DNA of 64,000 nt, taken from contig CAZIMC010000003.1 of the NCBI GenBank assembly GCA_964540475.1, positions 40,789 to 104,788 on the forward strand. Direction: 5' to 3'. Positions within the stretch are counted from its first letter, which is position 1, and each line of letters starts with the position of its first letter. The notes beneath the pieces were generated by a model. The model saw nothing but the letters and a program-made list of their open reading frames with translations. It did not search any database and was not told where the DNA came from. The stretch is from an uncultured Gammaproteobacteria bacterium (lineage in GTDB: Bacteria > Patescibacteriota > Microgenomatia > UBA8517). Positions 1 through 9,550 of the stretch are shown here, in pieces. A program made the translations under genes and the position numbers.

Positions 1-618
1 TTGGGTACAACAATTATTATTTCCAGTATTGGATTTTCTGTCCTGTTTCTTTCGGGGATAAATATATTTTCTTTTCTTGGGGTCGGATTAATTGGGGCAA
101 TTTTAAGTATGATTATTATATTGACTTCCGACTATCGCAAACAACGGCTTATGACCTTTTTATCGCAGTCTCAGGATCCGCTGGGTTCTGATTATCACAT
201 TAGACAAATATTACTAGCATTTGGTTCTGGGGGCTTATTTGGGGTGGGCTTGGGTCAAGGGAGACAAAAATTTCTTTTTCTGCCTGAGTCAGCTACTGAT
301 TCAATTTTTGCAACTGTCGCCGAAGAGCTGGGTTTTGTGGGTGCGCTTTTGATTGTAATCTTATTTGCAGTCTTTATAATTCGAGGATTAAAAATTGCCA
401 AAAATGCCCCCGATAAATTCACATATCTTTTGGCATCAGGTATTACAACTTGGATAACTATTCAGGTATTATTAAATATAGGCTCGATGGTTGCCCTTGT
501 TCCATTAACGGGTGTGCCATTGCCGTTTTTCTCTTACGGTGGCACAAGTCTTGTGATGCTACTTATTGGAACCGGTATATTGTTGAGCATTTCCAGGGGC
601 CAAAACAAAAATGGGTAA
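1..618 (+). CDS. ftsW: SEDS-family cell-division protein FtsW, C-terminal part (gene starts upstream of the window)
   Basis: Multi-TM sequence ending in the conserved SEDS C-terminal motifs (PLTGVPLPFFSYGGTSL). Immediately precedes murG, as in dcw clusters. Confidence 0.8.
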   Translation: MGTTIIISSIGFSVLFLSGINIFSFLGVGLIGAILSMIIILTSDYRKQRLMTFLSQSQDPLGSDYHIRQILLAFGSGGLFGVGLGQGRQKFLFLPESATDSIFATVAEELGFVGALLIVILFAVFIIRGLKIAKNAPDKFTYLLASGITTWITIQVLLNIGSMVALVPLTGVPLPFFSYGGTSLVMLLIGTGILLSISRGQNKNG

Positions 619-1708
619 AAAAATCTTATTAACTGGGGGTCATGCTGCTACTACTGCATTGGCTGTAATAGAAGAGATTAAAAAGAGGCATGATGATTGG
701 GAAATATACTGGGTTGGATCTGGTAGTGCGATAGAGGGCAGAAAGGTTAACCCGATTGAAAATGTTGTATTTCCTAGGATTGGAATAAAGTCCTATGAAA
801 TTACTACAGGCAGACTTCAGCGCAGGTTTTCCTTGTGGACTTTTCCATCATTATTTAAGGTGCCTGTAGGATTTATTCAGGCTTTCAAATTAATTAAAAA
901 GCTTAAGCCTGACATTGTACTGTCATTTGGTGGTTATGTAGCCTTACCTGTGGTGGTTAGCTCATGGCTATTAAGAGTACCAGTTATAGTTCAGGAGCAA
1001 GTTGCCTCAGCGGGGAAGTCGAATGAAATTTCCTCGCATTTTGCAAAGAAGGTGTTGCTGGCAAGAGCCGAAAGCTTAAAATATTACCCGCAAAAAAAGG
1101 TGTGGGTTACGGGAAATCCGGTAATGACCTCGATTACCAGCGTTAAGCCCAAATCAAAACCAGCTCGGCCTATGACTATTTATATAACTGGAGGATCAAG
1201 GGGGTCACAAGCCTTAAATAATCTGATACCTCCAGTACTTGTAGACCTTCTAGGGGATTATAAAGTCATTCATCAGACTGGAGAATTGGAGTATCAAAAG
1301 TTTCTTAACCTCAAAAAAACATTACCACAACCACTTCGGTATAGGTATACCGTTTATGCGTTGGTAGATCCGCTTTACGTTCACGCCGTATATAAAAAAG
1401 CCGATATAGTTGTTGCCAGAGCCGGAGCCAACACTGTTTCTGAAATTATGATTACTAAAAGGCCGTCTATTTTGATACCAATTCCCTGGAGTTATAAAAA
1501 TGAGCAAACTGAAAATGCAATTCAAGCCAGGAAATTTGGTATTGCAACAATTTTAGAACAGGATTCAACGAAGCCGGAGGATCTACTTGGAACAATAAAG
1601 GACATTTCTGGCTCCTGGAATGAAATAGCTAATAAGGTGATTCAAAAACAGAGTCCTGATCTGTTGGCTTCAACTAAAGTAGTTGATGAATTGGAAGGAG
1701 ATTTATAG
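611..1708 (+). CDS. murG: UDP-GlcNAc:undecaprenyl-PP-MurNAc-pentapeptide GlcNAc transferase MurG
   Basis: N-terminal LLTGGHAATTALAV (G-loop of GT28 MurG); 365 aa; sits between ftsW and ftsQ. Confidence 0.9.
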   Translation: MGKKILLTGGHAATTALAVIEEIKKRHDDWEIYWVGSGSAIEGRKVNPIENVVFPRIGIKSYEITTGRLQRRFSLWTFPSLFKVPVGFIQAFKLIKKLKPDIVLSFGGYVALPVVVSSWLLRVPVIVQEQVASAGKSNEISSHFAKKVLLARAESLKYYPQKKVWVTGNPVMTSITSVKPKSKPARPMTIYITGGSRGSQALNNLIPPVLVDLLGDYKVIHQTGELEYQKFLNLKKTLPQPLRYRYTVYALVDPLYVHAVYKKADIVVARAGANTVSEIMITKRPSILIPIPWSYKNEQTENAIQARKFGIATILEQDSTKPEDLLGTIKDISGSWNEIANKVIQKQSPDLLASTKVVDELEGDL

Positions 1709-2398
1709 TTGAGATATTTAAGATGGTTATTGCCATTAATATTTGTGATCGGTATACCATCGGCGATTATAATTGCACCTAACTTAATACGAATTAATAG
1801 AATAAATTGTTATACACAAAACGGTGAATGTGAGCCGGAGGTAAAAGAAAAACTAAGTCAGTTTGAAGGTTATTACCTGGGATATGCCAGGAAAGAAATT
1901 AAGAGTCGACTACTTGAAGATCGGCTGGTAAGGGAGTCAAGTGTCAGGTTCACTATTCCCGATCAACTGAGTGTTCATGTCGTACTTAGAAAGCCGGCTT
2001 ATGCGTTAAAAGACACCGGAACTGGCACTTTTTCATTGATTGACAGTGAAGGTGTGGTTATTTCTACTACATCTGTAACAAATCTGGCTTACCTGGAGGT
2101 TAATGAGCGGCCGCCTTCAGTCAGTGAGCAGATTGGAGAAACTATACATTTTGCTTTAGATTTGTTAGATAATATGAATTATGTATATCAAATTAAAACT
2201 GGTAAGCTATATTCGGACAAATTAGTTATTGAACTTCCGAATGGTATTGGCGTACTATTTCCTTTAGTGGGAGATAAAGACATATTAATTGGTAGTTTAA
2301 GAGTACTTTATTCACGGGTTTTGGAGAGACCTCAGGATTTTGCTATTACCAGAGTTAACGAAATTGACCTGAGATTCAAAAACCCAGTGATTAGATAA
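1709..2398 (+). CDS. ftsQ: FtsQ/DivIB-like cell-division protein (N-terminal TM plus POTRA-like region); TTG start
   Basis: Single N-terminal TM segment; ~230 aa; located between murG and ftsA. Called from position and architecture rather than strong motifs. Confidence 0.6.
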   Translation: MRYLRWLLPLIFVIGIPSAIIIAPNLIRINRINCYTQNGECEPEVKEKLSQFEGYYLGYARKEIKSRLLEDRLVRESSVRFTIPDQLSVHVVLRKPAYALKDTGTGTFSLIDSEGVVISTTSVTNLAYLEVNERPPSVSEQIGETIHFALDLLDNMNYVYQIKTGKLYSDKLVIELPNGIGVLFPLVGDKDILIGSLRVLYSRVLERPQDFAITRVNEIDLRFKNPVIR

Positions 2399-2400
2399 TA

Positions 2401-3666
2401 ATGGCAAAAGCTAAGCTTATAGCAGGAGTAGACATTGGATCTTCTAAGATCGCAACTTTGATTGCGCAGGTTTTGCAAGATCCGACGACCTTTGAGAGTA
2501 GTATAAACATAGTGGGGGTTGCAACCTGCGACTCCAAAGGGATAAAGAAAGGTCAGATAGTGGATATTGAGGAAGCTGTTGAAGCTACAATTGCCGCGGT
2601 TGAATCTGCTGAGCGAATGGCTGGTTATAATCTCGATGCAGCAGTGGTATCACTTGGTGGGGCACATATCCAGTCGCAAAACTCTCACGGTGTTGTGGCG
2701 GTTTCTGACCCTGAAGGGGAAATTACTGAAGCCGATGTAGCAAGGGTTGTTGAGGCTGCGTCTGCAATCTCTCTGCCTCAATCCCGTGAGGTAATTCACG
2801 TTCTGCCAAGAGAATTTATTGTAGACGGAGAAGCGGGTGTGAAAGATGCTGCGGGTATGAGTGGAGTAAGACTCGAAGTTGAAACCCATATAATAACCGG
2901 AGCAACATCGGCAATCAAAAATCTTAACAAGGCCCTCAATGAAGTGGGAGTTAACATTGAAGATCTGGTTTTTTCTGGTGTTGCCTCAGCTGAAGCAGTT
3001 CTATCTGCAACTGAAAAAGAATTGGGATGCGCCGTGGTTGATATCGGCGGAGGAACCACCTCCATTGCTGCGTTTATTGATGGATCACTAGCTTACAGCG
3101 GTGTTATACCAATTGGTGCCAAAAATGTAACCAATGATTTGGCTATCGGGCTTCGGATATCTCTGGAGACCGCAGAGAAGATAAAGATAGCTCTTTCAGA
3201 CGATAAAAGGCCCAAAAACAAGGAGGCCGAACCCGACACCCTAGAACTTGAGGAAATTGGGGTATCAGAAATTAAGAAAGTGTCAAAAAAAACTCTGACC
3301 GAGGGAATAATTAGACCAAGACTTAACGAGATTTTTACGATGGTGAGACTCGAACTGGAAAGAGCAGAAATCGGTAACAGAATTCCTTCTGGTGTAATTG
3401 TTACTGGTGGAGGAGCCCACACCGTTGGAGCGGCAGATGCAGCAAAAAGGATGTTGGCACTTCCCGTTCGTATAGGTGAACCGAAAGGGGTTGGGGGGCT
3501 AATTGATGATATCATCAATCCCTCATACGCAACCGCTGTGGGTCTTATTACTTATGGAGCCAAACTTACCAATGATAGTCCAGCTGCCCTTGGAAAGCGG
3601 GTAAAAATGCCATCCCTTGGTGCTTTCGATAAGGTTATAGAGACAATCAAGAATCTATTGCCATAA
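2401..3666 (+). CDS. ftsA: Cell-division ATPase FtsA (actin-like)
   Basis: AGVDIGSSKIATLIA actin-fold phosphate-1 motif and DIGGGTT phosphate-2 motif; directly upstream of ftsZ. Confidence 0.9.
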   Translation: MAKAKLIAGVDIGSSKIATLIAQVLQDPTTFESSINIVGVATCDSKGIKKGQIVDIEEAVEATIAAVESAERMAGYNLDAAVVSLGGAHIQSQNSHGVVAVSDPEGEITEADVARVVEAASAISLPQSREVIHVLPREFIVDGEAGVKDAAGMSGVRLEVETHIITGATSAIKNLNKALNEVGVNIEDLVFSGVASAEAVLSATEKELGCAVVDIGGGTTSIAAFIDGSLAYSGVIPIGAKNVTNDLAIGLRISLETAEKIKIALSDDKRPKNKEAEPDTLELEEIGVSEIKKVSKKTLTEGIIRPRLNEIFTMVRLELERAEIGNRIPSGVIVTGGGAHTVGAADAAKRMLALPVRIGEPKGVGGLIDDIINPSYATAVGLITYGAKLTNDSPAALGKRVKMPSLGAFDKVIETIKNLLP

Positions 3667-3727
3667 ATACTCGCAATACGTGCTAACAACCTGTCACAGC
3701 TAAGACTGCGCCTCTTTGAACTAGATT

Positions 3728-3755
3728 TTGACAAGTTACATAAACTAGGTATAAT
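3728..3755 (+). promoter_or_regulatory. Sigma70-type promoter for ftsZ: TTGACA-16 nt-TATAAT, about 17 nt upstream of the ATG, no SD
   Basis: Perfect -35 and -10 hexamers read directly at 3728-3733 and 3750-3755. Confidence 0.5.
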
Positions 3756-3772
3756 GCTCGTATCATCAATAT

Positions 3773-4921
3773 ATGGCTTTAGTTAAACCAGATTCTGCTA
3801 GGATAGCAAAAATCAAAGTTTTCGGTGTGGGTGGCGGAGGAGGAAATGCCATTTCCTCAATGATTGAGGGTAACGCAATAAATGGTGTTGAATTTATAAC
3901 TCTAAATACCGACGCACAAGTGCTTCTTGCTAGTAAAGCCCCCACAAAACTTCAAATTGGGGAAAAACTTACTAAAGGCTTGGGTGTTGGTGGGAGCCCT
4001 GAAATCGGAGCACAAGCTGCTGAAGAATCAACAGAGAAGATTAAGGAATTGCTAGTAGACTCTGACATGGTGTTTGTCACTGCCGGCATGGGGGGAGGAA
4101 CAGGCACCGGTGCATCGCCTGTGGTTGCAAAATTAGCAAGAGAAGCAGGTGCGCTTACCGTGGGTGTTGTCACTAAACCGTTCGCCTTTGAAGGCACAAG
4201 GAGAATGGTTGTAGCAGATGAGGGTATAGAGAGGCTTAGAGAGCAGGTTGATACTCTACTTGTTATCCCCAACCAGAGGCTAATGGACGTAATTGATAGA
4301 AAGATGACTCTAGTTGAGGCATTTAAGGTGGTCGATTCTGTGTTGGGTCAGGCTGTTGGGGGTATTGCTGAAATAATAACGACACCTGGATTAATTAACG
4401 TAGATTTTGCAGACGTAAGGACCATTATGAAAGATGCAGGCAGTGCATTATTGGGCATAGGTACTGGGGTGGGAGAAAACAGAGCTCAAATGGCAGCACG
4501 TGCTGCGGTATCTTCACCTCTTCTTGATCTTTCAATCGAAGGCGCAAAGGGGGTACTTTTCAATATTGCAGGTGGAAGTGATCTCACAATGTTTGAAGTG
4601 GATGAAGCGGCTAGGATTATTTCTCAAACTGCTGATCCGGACGCGAATATCATCTTCGGAGCAGTTGTTAAGACAGATTTAGTAGACCAAGTAAGGATAA
4701 CCGTAATTGCAACCGGCTTTGATGAAACTCGTGCTAAATTGGCGCAGATTGGAAAGGTGAGGCCTGAACCAATTGTGCAGGGTGTGGTAGGAGACAATTT
4801 AGGAGCTAAGGACAGGGAAGCGGAAGAAGAAGATACTCCCGGGATTGACGAACCACCTTCAGAAGATGATGTTTTTGGAGAGAAGTTCGAAATCCCCGCT
4901 TTCCTGCGAAAGATTCATTAG
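3773..4921 (+). CDS. ftsZ: Tubulin-like GTPase FtsZ
   Basis: GVGGGGGNA glycine-rich tubulin signature and [15 protein letters not shown]7 loop region; acidic C-terminal tail. Confidence 0.95.
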   Translation: MALVKPDSARIAKIKVFGVGGGGGNAISSMIEGNAINGVEFITLNTDAQVLLASKAPTKLQIGEKLTKGLGVGGSPEIGAQAAEESTEKIKELLVDSDMVFVTAGMGGGTGTGASPVVAKLAREAGALTVGVVTKPFAFEGTRRMVVADEGIERLREQVDTLLVIPNQRLMDVIDRKMTLVEAFKVVDSVLGQAVGGIAEIITTPGLINVDFADVRTIMKDAGSALLGIGTGVGENRAQMAARAAVSSPLLDLSIEGAKGVLFNIAGGSDLTMFEVDEAARIISQTADPDANIIFGAVVKTDLVDQVRITVIATGFDETRAKLAQIGKVRPEPIVQGVVGDNLGAKDREAEEEDTPGIDEPPSEDDVFGEKFEIPAFLRKIH

Positions 4922-4964
4922 CGCTTGGAGGCTTACTTCATTAGTGATAAAATAGCTTCTAAGC

Positions 4965-7793
4965 ATGAGTAAAGATAAATATTTCAATTCAGTTAGCCCG
5001 CAGGTAAATTTTGCCGAACTGGAAGACAATATAAATAAATACTGGAAGCAAAATAAGACCTTTGAAAAGTCTGTAGAAAATCGACCAAAAGCAAGAAATT
5101 GGACTTTCTTGGACGGCCCCCCATTTGTAACAGGAATGCCCCATTATGGCCACTTGTTGGGTAGCATTCACAAAGACCTGTTTGGAAGGTACCAAACCAT
5201 GAGAGGATATCGTGTGAGGCGCGTTTGGGGTTGGGACGGTCACGGACTCCCGATAGAAAACAAGGTTGAAAACAAACTCGGCATCAAACGAAAAAGGGAC
5301 ATTGAAGAAAAGGTTGGGGTAGACGTATTTATTGCGGAGTGTAAGAAATATGTAGAACAAATTTCAGGAGAGTGGGAATGGTACATTGACCACATAGGAA
5401 GGTGGGTGGATTTCAAGAACGCTTATAAAACCTGGGACACACCTTACATGGAGTCGGTGATGTGGGTTTTTAAGCAAATGTATGAAAAGGGGCATATATA
5501 TAAAGGGCTTCGAGTATCACTATTTTGCCCACACTGCTCTACTCCCATTTCAAACTTCGAAGTAGCAATGGACCCAGATAATTATCAGGAGATTACTGAA
5601 CCTGCTAATACCTATAAATATAAGGTTGTGGGACAGGAAAAGACTTTTCTTTTGGCCTGGTCAACGACTCCATGGAATAAAATTGTGACTCCGGCATTGG
5701 CTATAAATCCGAAACTAACCTACGTCAAAGTCAAGCAGGGTGATGAATACTATATTTTAGCGGAGGATCGCACGGAAATCCTCTTGCCAGAGCCGAAATG
5801 GAAGGTTGTAGAAAAGCTTAAGGGGCAGGAGTTGGTGGGATTTTCCTATGAACCACATTATGACTTTTACACTATTGAGAAAGGCAAAAAAGCCTTTGTA
5901 GTTATACCCGGAGATTTTGTCTCATCAGAGGAAGGCACTGGAATTGTTACGATAGCTGCTTATGGTGAGGACGACTTGAAAGCCATGCAAGAACATAATA
6001 TACAAATAGTACTTCATCTTGATGAGGAAGGCCATTTGGTGCCCTCTGTGCCGAATTGGGCTGGGATGTATTATGCGGGAGTTAATCCTCTGGTGAATGA
6101 AGATTTAACAAGACGAGGGTTGATGTATAAGGAAGAGTCATACAAACATACAGTTCCTACATGCTGGCGCTGTCACACACGGCTATATTATGCACCATTA
6201 GATGCGTGGTTTGTGAATGTACAGGACTTAAAACCGCTTATGAAAAAGACAAATGAGAAGGTTAACTGGTTTCCAAAACATTTTAAAATAGGACGTTTTC
6301 TTAAAAGTCTTGAGAACGCACCTGATTGGAATATTTCTAGAAACAGATATTGGGGTTCACCTGTTCCAGTCTGGGAGTGTGAGTGTGGTGAAAGGTTTGT
6401 TCCTGGTTCGATAAGAGAATTAGAAGAGGCAAGTGTAAGAAAAATTACTGATTTACATAAACCAGGTATAGACGAGGTTACTATAAAGTGTGTCAGGTGT
6501 GGGGGTAAAGTTAAGCGGGTTCCTGAAGTATTAGATAGTTGGATTGAAGCAGGGAGTGCTTCATTTGCAGAAAGACATTATCCTTTTAACCAGACTGAGA
6601 AACTTGACGACTTTTTTCCACCAGATTTTATTGCTGAATATACTGGGCAAATCCGTGCATGGTTCTATGTACTACATGTGATTGGCGCAGCCCTTTATAA
6701 ATCTCATGCTTTCAAAAATGTTGGGGTCGAAGGCGTGATTTTGGGATCTGATGGAAAAAAGATGAGTAAAAATTTAGGTAATTATCCAGACCCCAAAGAA
6801 ATGTTAACAAAATACGGCGGGGATGGTCTAAGACTCTACTTGATGGGTAGTCCTGTGATGAAGGGGGAAGACCTGATCATTTCCGAGGAGCAATACAGAA
6901 ATAAAGTGCGCTCTACACTATTAATCCTTTGGAATGTTTATAATTTTTTTGTTTATTACGCAAATTTGGATAACTGGTCGCCAAACAAGGCAATATTTCA
7001 CCCTAGCAACAACGTGTTGGATAAGTGGATTTTGACTTTATTAAGTAATTTGATAAAACAAACCACAGATGCCCTAGGGGAATACGACACAGTTAAGGCT
7101 GTTGGAGCTGTTGAAGAGTTTGTTAACCACTTTTCACTTTGGTATATAAGAAGAAGCAGGGATAGAGTAGGTCCGGCAGCAGACGAGATGGAGGACAAGA
7201 ATTCGTTTTATCAAACAACCTATTTAGTGTTAACGAGCTTTTGTAAAGTCAGTGCACCAATAATACCGTTCGTGACAGAAGAGATTTATATGAATCTTAC
7301 AAAGGAAGCGTCTGTTCATTTATCTGATTGGCCAGACTTTGTGCACGAGCCTGACGAAGCCCTTCTTTCTAGTATGGAATATGCAAGAGTCATTGTTGAA
7401 AAAATACACGCCTTAAGAAAACAAAAAAATATACCTGTCAGGCAGCCATTAGCAGAAGTTATATTAAAAAGCCCACAACCTAAGTTGCCAAATGAAATAA
7501 TAAGGGTTCTACTTGATGAAGTTAATATAAAATCATTAAGTTGGGGAAAGGCAAATAGCCTTTCTGTTAAATTGAATACCAAAATCACTCCGGAGCTTGA
7601 AGAGGAAGCGAAGACCCGCGAATTGATGAGAAAAATACAAGAAGAGAGGAAGAATATGGGCGTAAGTCTTGAGAGCAAGGTAATAGTTCACACTAACTGG
7701 CGTCCAACCTCTCCGCAATTACTTGAAAGATTGAGGCGAAAAACTCTTTCAAAAGAGATATTGCCAGGCGATTTTAAAGTTACTAAAGCTTAA
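4965..7793 (+). CDS. ileS: Isoleucyl-tRNA synthetase
   Basis: PHYGHLLG (HIGH motif) and KMSKNLGN (KMSKS motif); Zn-ribbon CWRCHT...CGGK; 942 aa class-I LeuRS/IleRS/ValRS architecture. Confidence 0.9.
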   Translation: MSKDKYFNSVSPQVNFAELEDNINKYWKQNKTFEKSVENRPKARNWTFLDGPPFVTGMPHYGHLLGSIHKDLFGRYQTMRGYRVRRVWGWDGHGLPIENKVENKLGIKRKRDIEEKVGVDVFIAECKKYVEQISGEWEWYIDHIGRWVDFKNAYKTWDTPYMESVMWVFKQMYEKGHIYKGLRVSLFCPHCSTPISNFEVAMDPDNYQEITEPANTYKYKVVGQEKTFLLAWSTTPWNKIVTPALAINPKLTYVKVKQGDEYYILAEDRTEILLPEPKWKVVEKLKGQELVGFSYEPHYDFYTIEKGKKAFVVIPGDFVSSEEGTGIVTIAAYGEDDLKAMQEHNIQIVLHLDEEGHLVPSVPNWAGMYYAGVNPLVNEDLTRRGLMYKEESYKHTVPTCWRCHTRLYYAPLDAWFVNVQDLKPLMKKTNEKVNWFPKHFKIGRFLKSLENAPDWNISRNRYWGSPVPVWECECGERFVPGSIRELEEASVRKITDLHKPGIDEVTIKCVRCGGKVKRVPEVLDSWIEAGSASFAERHYPFNQTEKLDDFFPPDFIAEYTGQIRAWFYVLHVIGAALYKSHAFKNVGVEGVILGSDGKKMSKNLGNYPDPKEMLTKYGGDGLRLYLMGSPVMKGEDLIISEEQYRNKVRSTLLILWNVYNFFVYYANLDNWSPNKAIFHPSNNVLDKWILTLLSNLIKQTTDALGEYDTVKAVGAVEEFVNHFSLWYIRRSRDRVGPAADEMEDKNSFYQTTYLVLTSFCKVSAPIIPFVTEEIYMNLTKEASVHLSDWPDFVHEPDEALLSSMEYARVIVEKIHALRKQKNIPVRQPLAEVILKSPQPKLPNEIIRVLLDEVNIKSLSWGKANSLSVKLNTKITPELEEEAKTRELMRKIQEERKNMGVSLESKVIVHTNWRPTSPQLLERLRRKTLSKEILPGDFKVTKA

Positions 7794-8822
7794 ATGAAAA
7801 GCCCGCTTCTCTTGGGAGGAATCATTTTTTTAATTCTTTTTAGCCTTCTGGCGCTTTACTCAATTGCACCGTTCCTTTTCCCCGGGTATTTCTTGTATAT
7901 TATTCTGGCTTCGATAGCGTTTGTAGTTTTCTCAAAGGTAGATTTTGATATTTGGCTAATTTTTAGCAAACACCTCTATGTTTTTTCGGTCGTTTTACTA
8001 ATTTTACCCCTGCTTATCGGGCAGGTAACAAGAGGTGCAGTACGGTGGATTGAAATTGGCCCTTTAACTCTTCAGCCAGCTGAACTCGTGAGGCCGTTTA
8101 TCCTTCTTTTCTTTGCAAAATATCTATACGAAAAAGAGTTGAACTTAAAAAGAATTGCAAAAAGCATAATGCTTCTTTTAATCCCACTGTTTTTGATTTT
8201 GATTCAGCCATCTTTGGGGGTGACTATTCTGACAGCAATCGGTTTTTTCGGGGTTTTGTTGGCCTCCACTGTTGATAAGAGAAAAATTGCGATGTTTATA
8301 GCAATAGGACTGCTCTTTTTGCCTTTAGGATGGTATATGCTTGCTCCTTACCAAAAGTCTCGTGTATTGGTTTTTTTAAATCCGCAGTCGGATCCATATG
8401 GGGCAGGATACAACTCAATTCAATCAATGATTGCTGTTGGATCAGGTAAATTATTGGGTAGAGGTTTAGGTGAGGGTGTGCAGACACAACTTTCGTTCTT
8501 GCCCGAAAGACACACCGATTTTATTTTTGCTTCAATTGCCGAGGAATTGGGTTTTGTCGGCGCATTATTATTATTGTTGGGTATATTTTTCTTGCTTTGG
8601 CAAATTATAAAAACTATTGAAAATGCGAAAAGTGCAGAAAGTAGAGCGTTTGCGTCTGGTGTTTTTTTAACCCTATTTTTACAAGTTTTGGTGCATGTTG
8701 GCATGAATATGGGAATTTTCCCAATTACCGGTGTACCCTTGCCATTAGTCTCTGCCGGAGGTTCATCACTTTTGGCAACAATGATTGCTCTTGGAATGGT
8801 CTATGGTGCGAGAAAACCTTAA
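7794..8822 (+). CDS. Second SEDS-family transglycosylase (RodA/FtsW paralogue)
   Basis: 10-TM protein; C-terminal GMNMGIFPITGVPLPLVSAGGSS motif is homologous to the ORF at 1-618. Confidence 0.85.
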   Translation: MKSPLLLGGIIFLILFSLLALYSIAPFLFPGYFLYIILASIAFVVFSKVDFDIWLIFSKHLYVFSVVLLILPLLIGQVTRGAVRWIEIGPLTLQPAELVRPFILLFFAKYLYEKELNLKRIAKSIMLLLIPLFLILIQPSLGVTILTAIGFFGVLLASTVDKRKIAMFIAIGLLFLPLGWYMLAPYQKSRVLVFLNPQSDPYGAGYNSIQSMIAVGSGKLLGRGLGEGVQTQLSFLPERHTDFIFASIAEELGFVGALLLLLGIFFLLWQIIKTIENAKSAESRAFASGVFLTLFLQVLVHVGMNMGIFPITGVPLPLVSAGGSSLLATMIALGMVYGARKP

Positions 8823-8857
8823 GTTTTACACTCTTTGTTAAAAAGTTGCATCAGGCT

Positions 8858-8886
8858 TGTAATTAGTTCAGTTTAACATTAAAATA
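8858..8886 (+). promoter_or_regulatory. Promoter TTGTAA-17 nt-TAAAAT ending 9 nt before the rplU ATG, implying a near-leaderless mRNA
   Basis: Hexamers read at 8858-8863 and 8881-8886; the ATG is at 8896. Confidence 0.4.
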
Positions 8887-8895
8887 CACAATTGT

Positions 8896-9195
8896 ATGAA
8901 ATATGCAATTTTGAGAATTGGTGGCAAGCAATATAGGGTGCAGGAAGGCCAGGAACTGTTGGTTGATAGGCTTAAAAGCGACAAGGTTGAGCCAGAGACG
9001 CTTCTTGTTGTAGAGGACGATAAGGTAAAAGTTGGTGTTCCCTTGGTAAAGGATGCCAGGATTAAGTTTAGGGTAGTAGAAGAAGTGAAGGGTGAAAAAA
9101 TTGAGATTTTGAAGTATAAGGCCAAGTCAAGATATAGAAAAAGTAGTGGGTTCAGGCCTAAATACACAAAACTGTTAATAGAGAAGATTTCTTAA
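8896..9195 (+). CDS. rplU: 50S ribosomal protein L21
   Basis: MKYAILRIGGKQYRVQEGQEL is the canonical L21 N-terminus. Confidence 0.9.
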   Translation: MKYAILRIGGKQYRVQEGQELLVDRLKSDKVEPETLLVVEDDKVKVGVPLVKDARIKFRVVEEVKGEKIEILKYKAKSRYRKSSGFRPKYTKLLIEKIS

Positions 9196-9233
9196 ATATC
9201 TCAATATATATCATATTAATATCTTCTGATCTC

Positions 9234-9262
9234 TTGACAAGCGTGAAAATAGTATATATAGT
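9234..9262 (+). promoter_or_regulatory. Promoter TTGACA-17 nt-TATAGT ending 8 nt before the rpmA ATG, implying a leaderless mRNA
   Basis: Hexamers at 9234-9239 and 9257-9262; the ATG is at 9271. Confidence 0.45.
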
Positions 9263-9270
9263 TTAGCCAT

Positions 9271-9528
9271 ATGTCAAAGACAAAGGCAACGGGCTCAAAA
9301 GCTTCGCAACATGTAAGTCCAGTTGGTAAAAGGCTTGGCCTTAAGGTTAGTAGTGGTGAAAATGTTTCTGCTGGCGAAATTTTAATAAGGCAAAGGGGTA
9401 CCACTTTTTCTGCAGGAAAAGGGGTAAAAGCAGGGCGAGATCATACACTTTATGCCGGTGTTGGTGGGAAAGTAAAAGTTATAAAAAAGCTGGGCAAAAA
9501 AACAATTGCCGTTTTGCCAACTAACTAA
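9271..9528 (+). CDS. rpmA: 50S ribosomal protein L27
   Basis: GKRLGLKV...[12 protein letters not shown]...GKDHTLYA pattern typical of L27. Confidence 0.9.
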   Translation: MSKTKATGSKASQHVSPVGKRLGLKVSSGENVSAGEILIRQRGTTFSAGKGVKAGRDHTLYAGVGGKVKVIKKLGKKTIAVLPTN

Positions 9529-9550
9529 ACCTATTAACCAATAACTAAAT

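Noticed and set aside
2650-4272. Antisense ORFs inside ftsA and ftsZ (2650-2889, 2796-3065, 3093-3518, 3952-4272)
   Set aside because: These are shadow ORFs on the opposite strand of strongly supported genes, with Ser/Pro/Thr-rich low-complexity translations.
4922-4964. T-box or other leader upstream of ileS
   Set aside because: Only 43 nt separate the ftsZ stop from the ileS start, which is far too short for a T-box (~200-300 nt).
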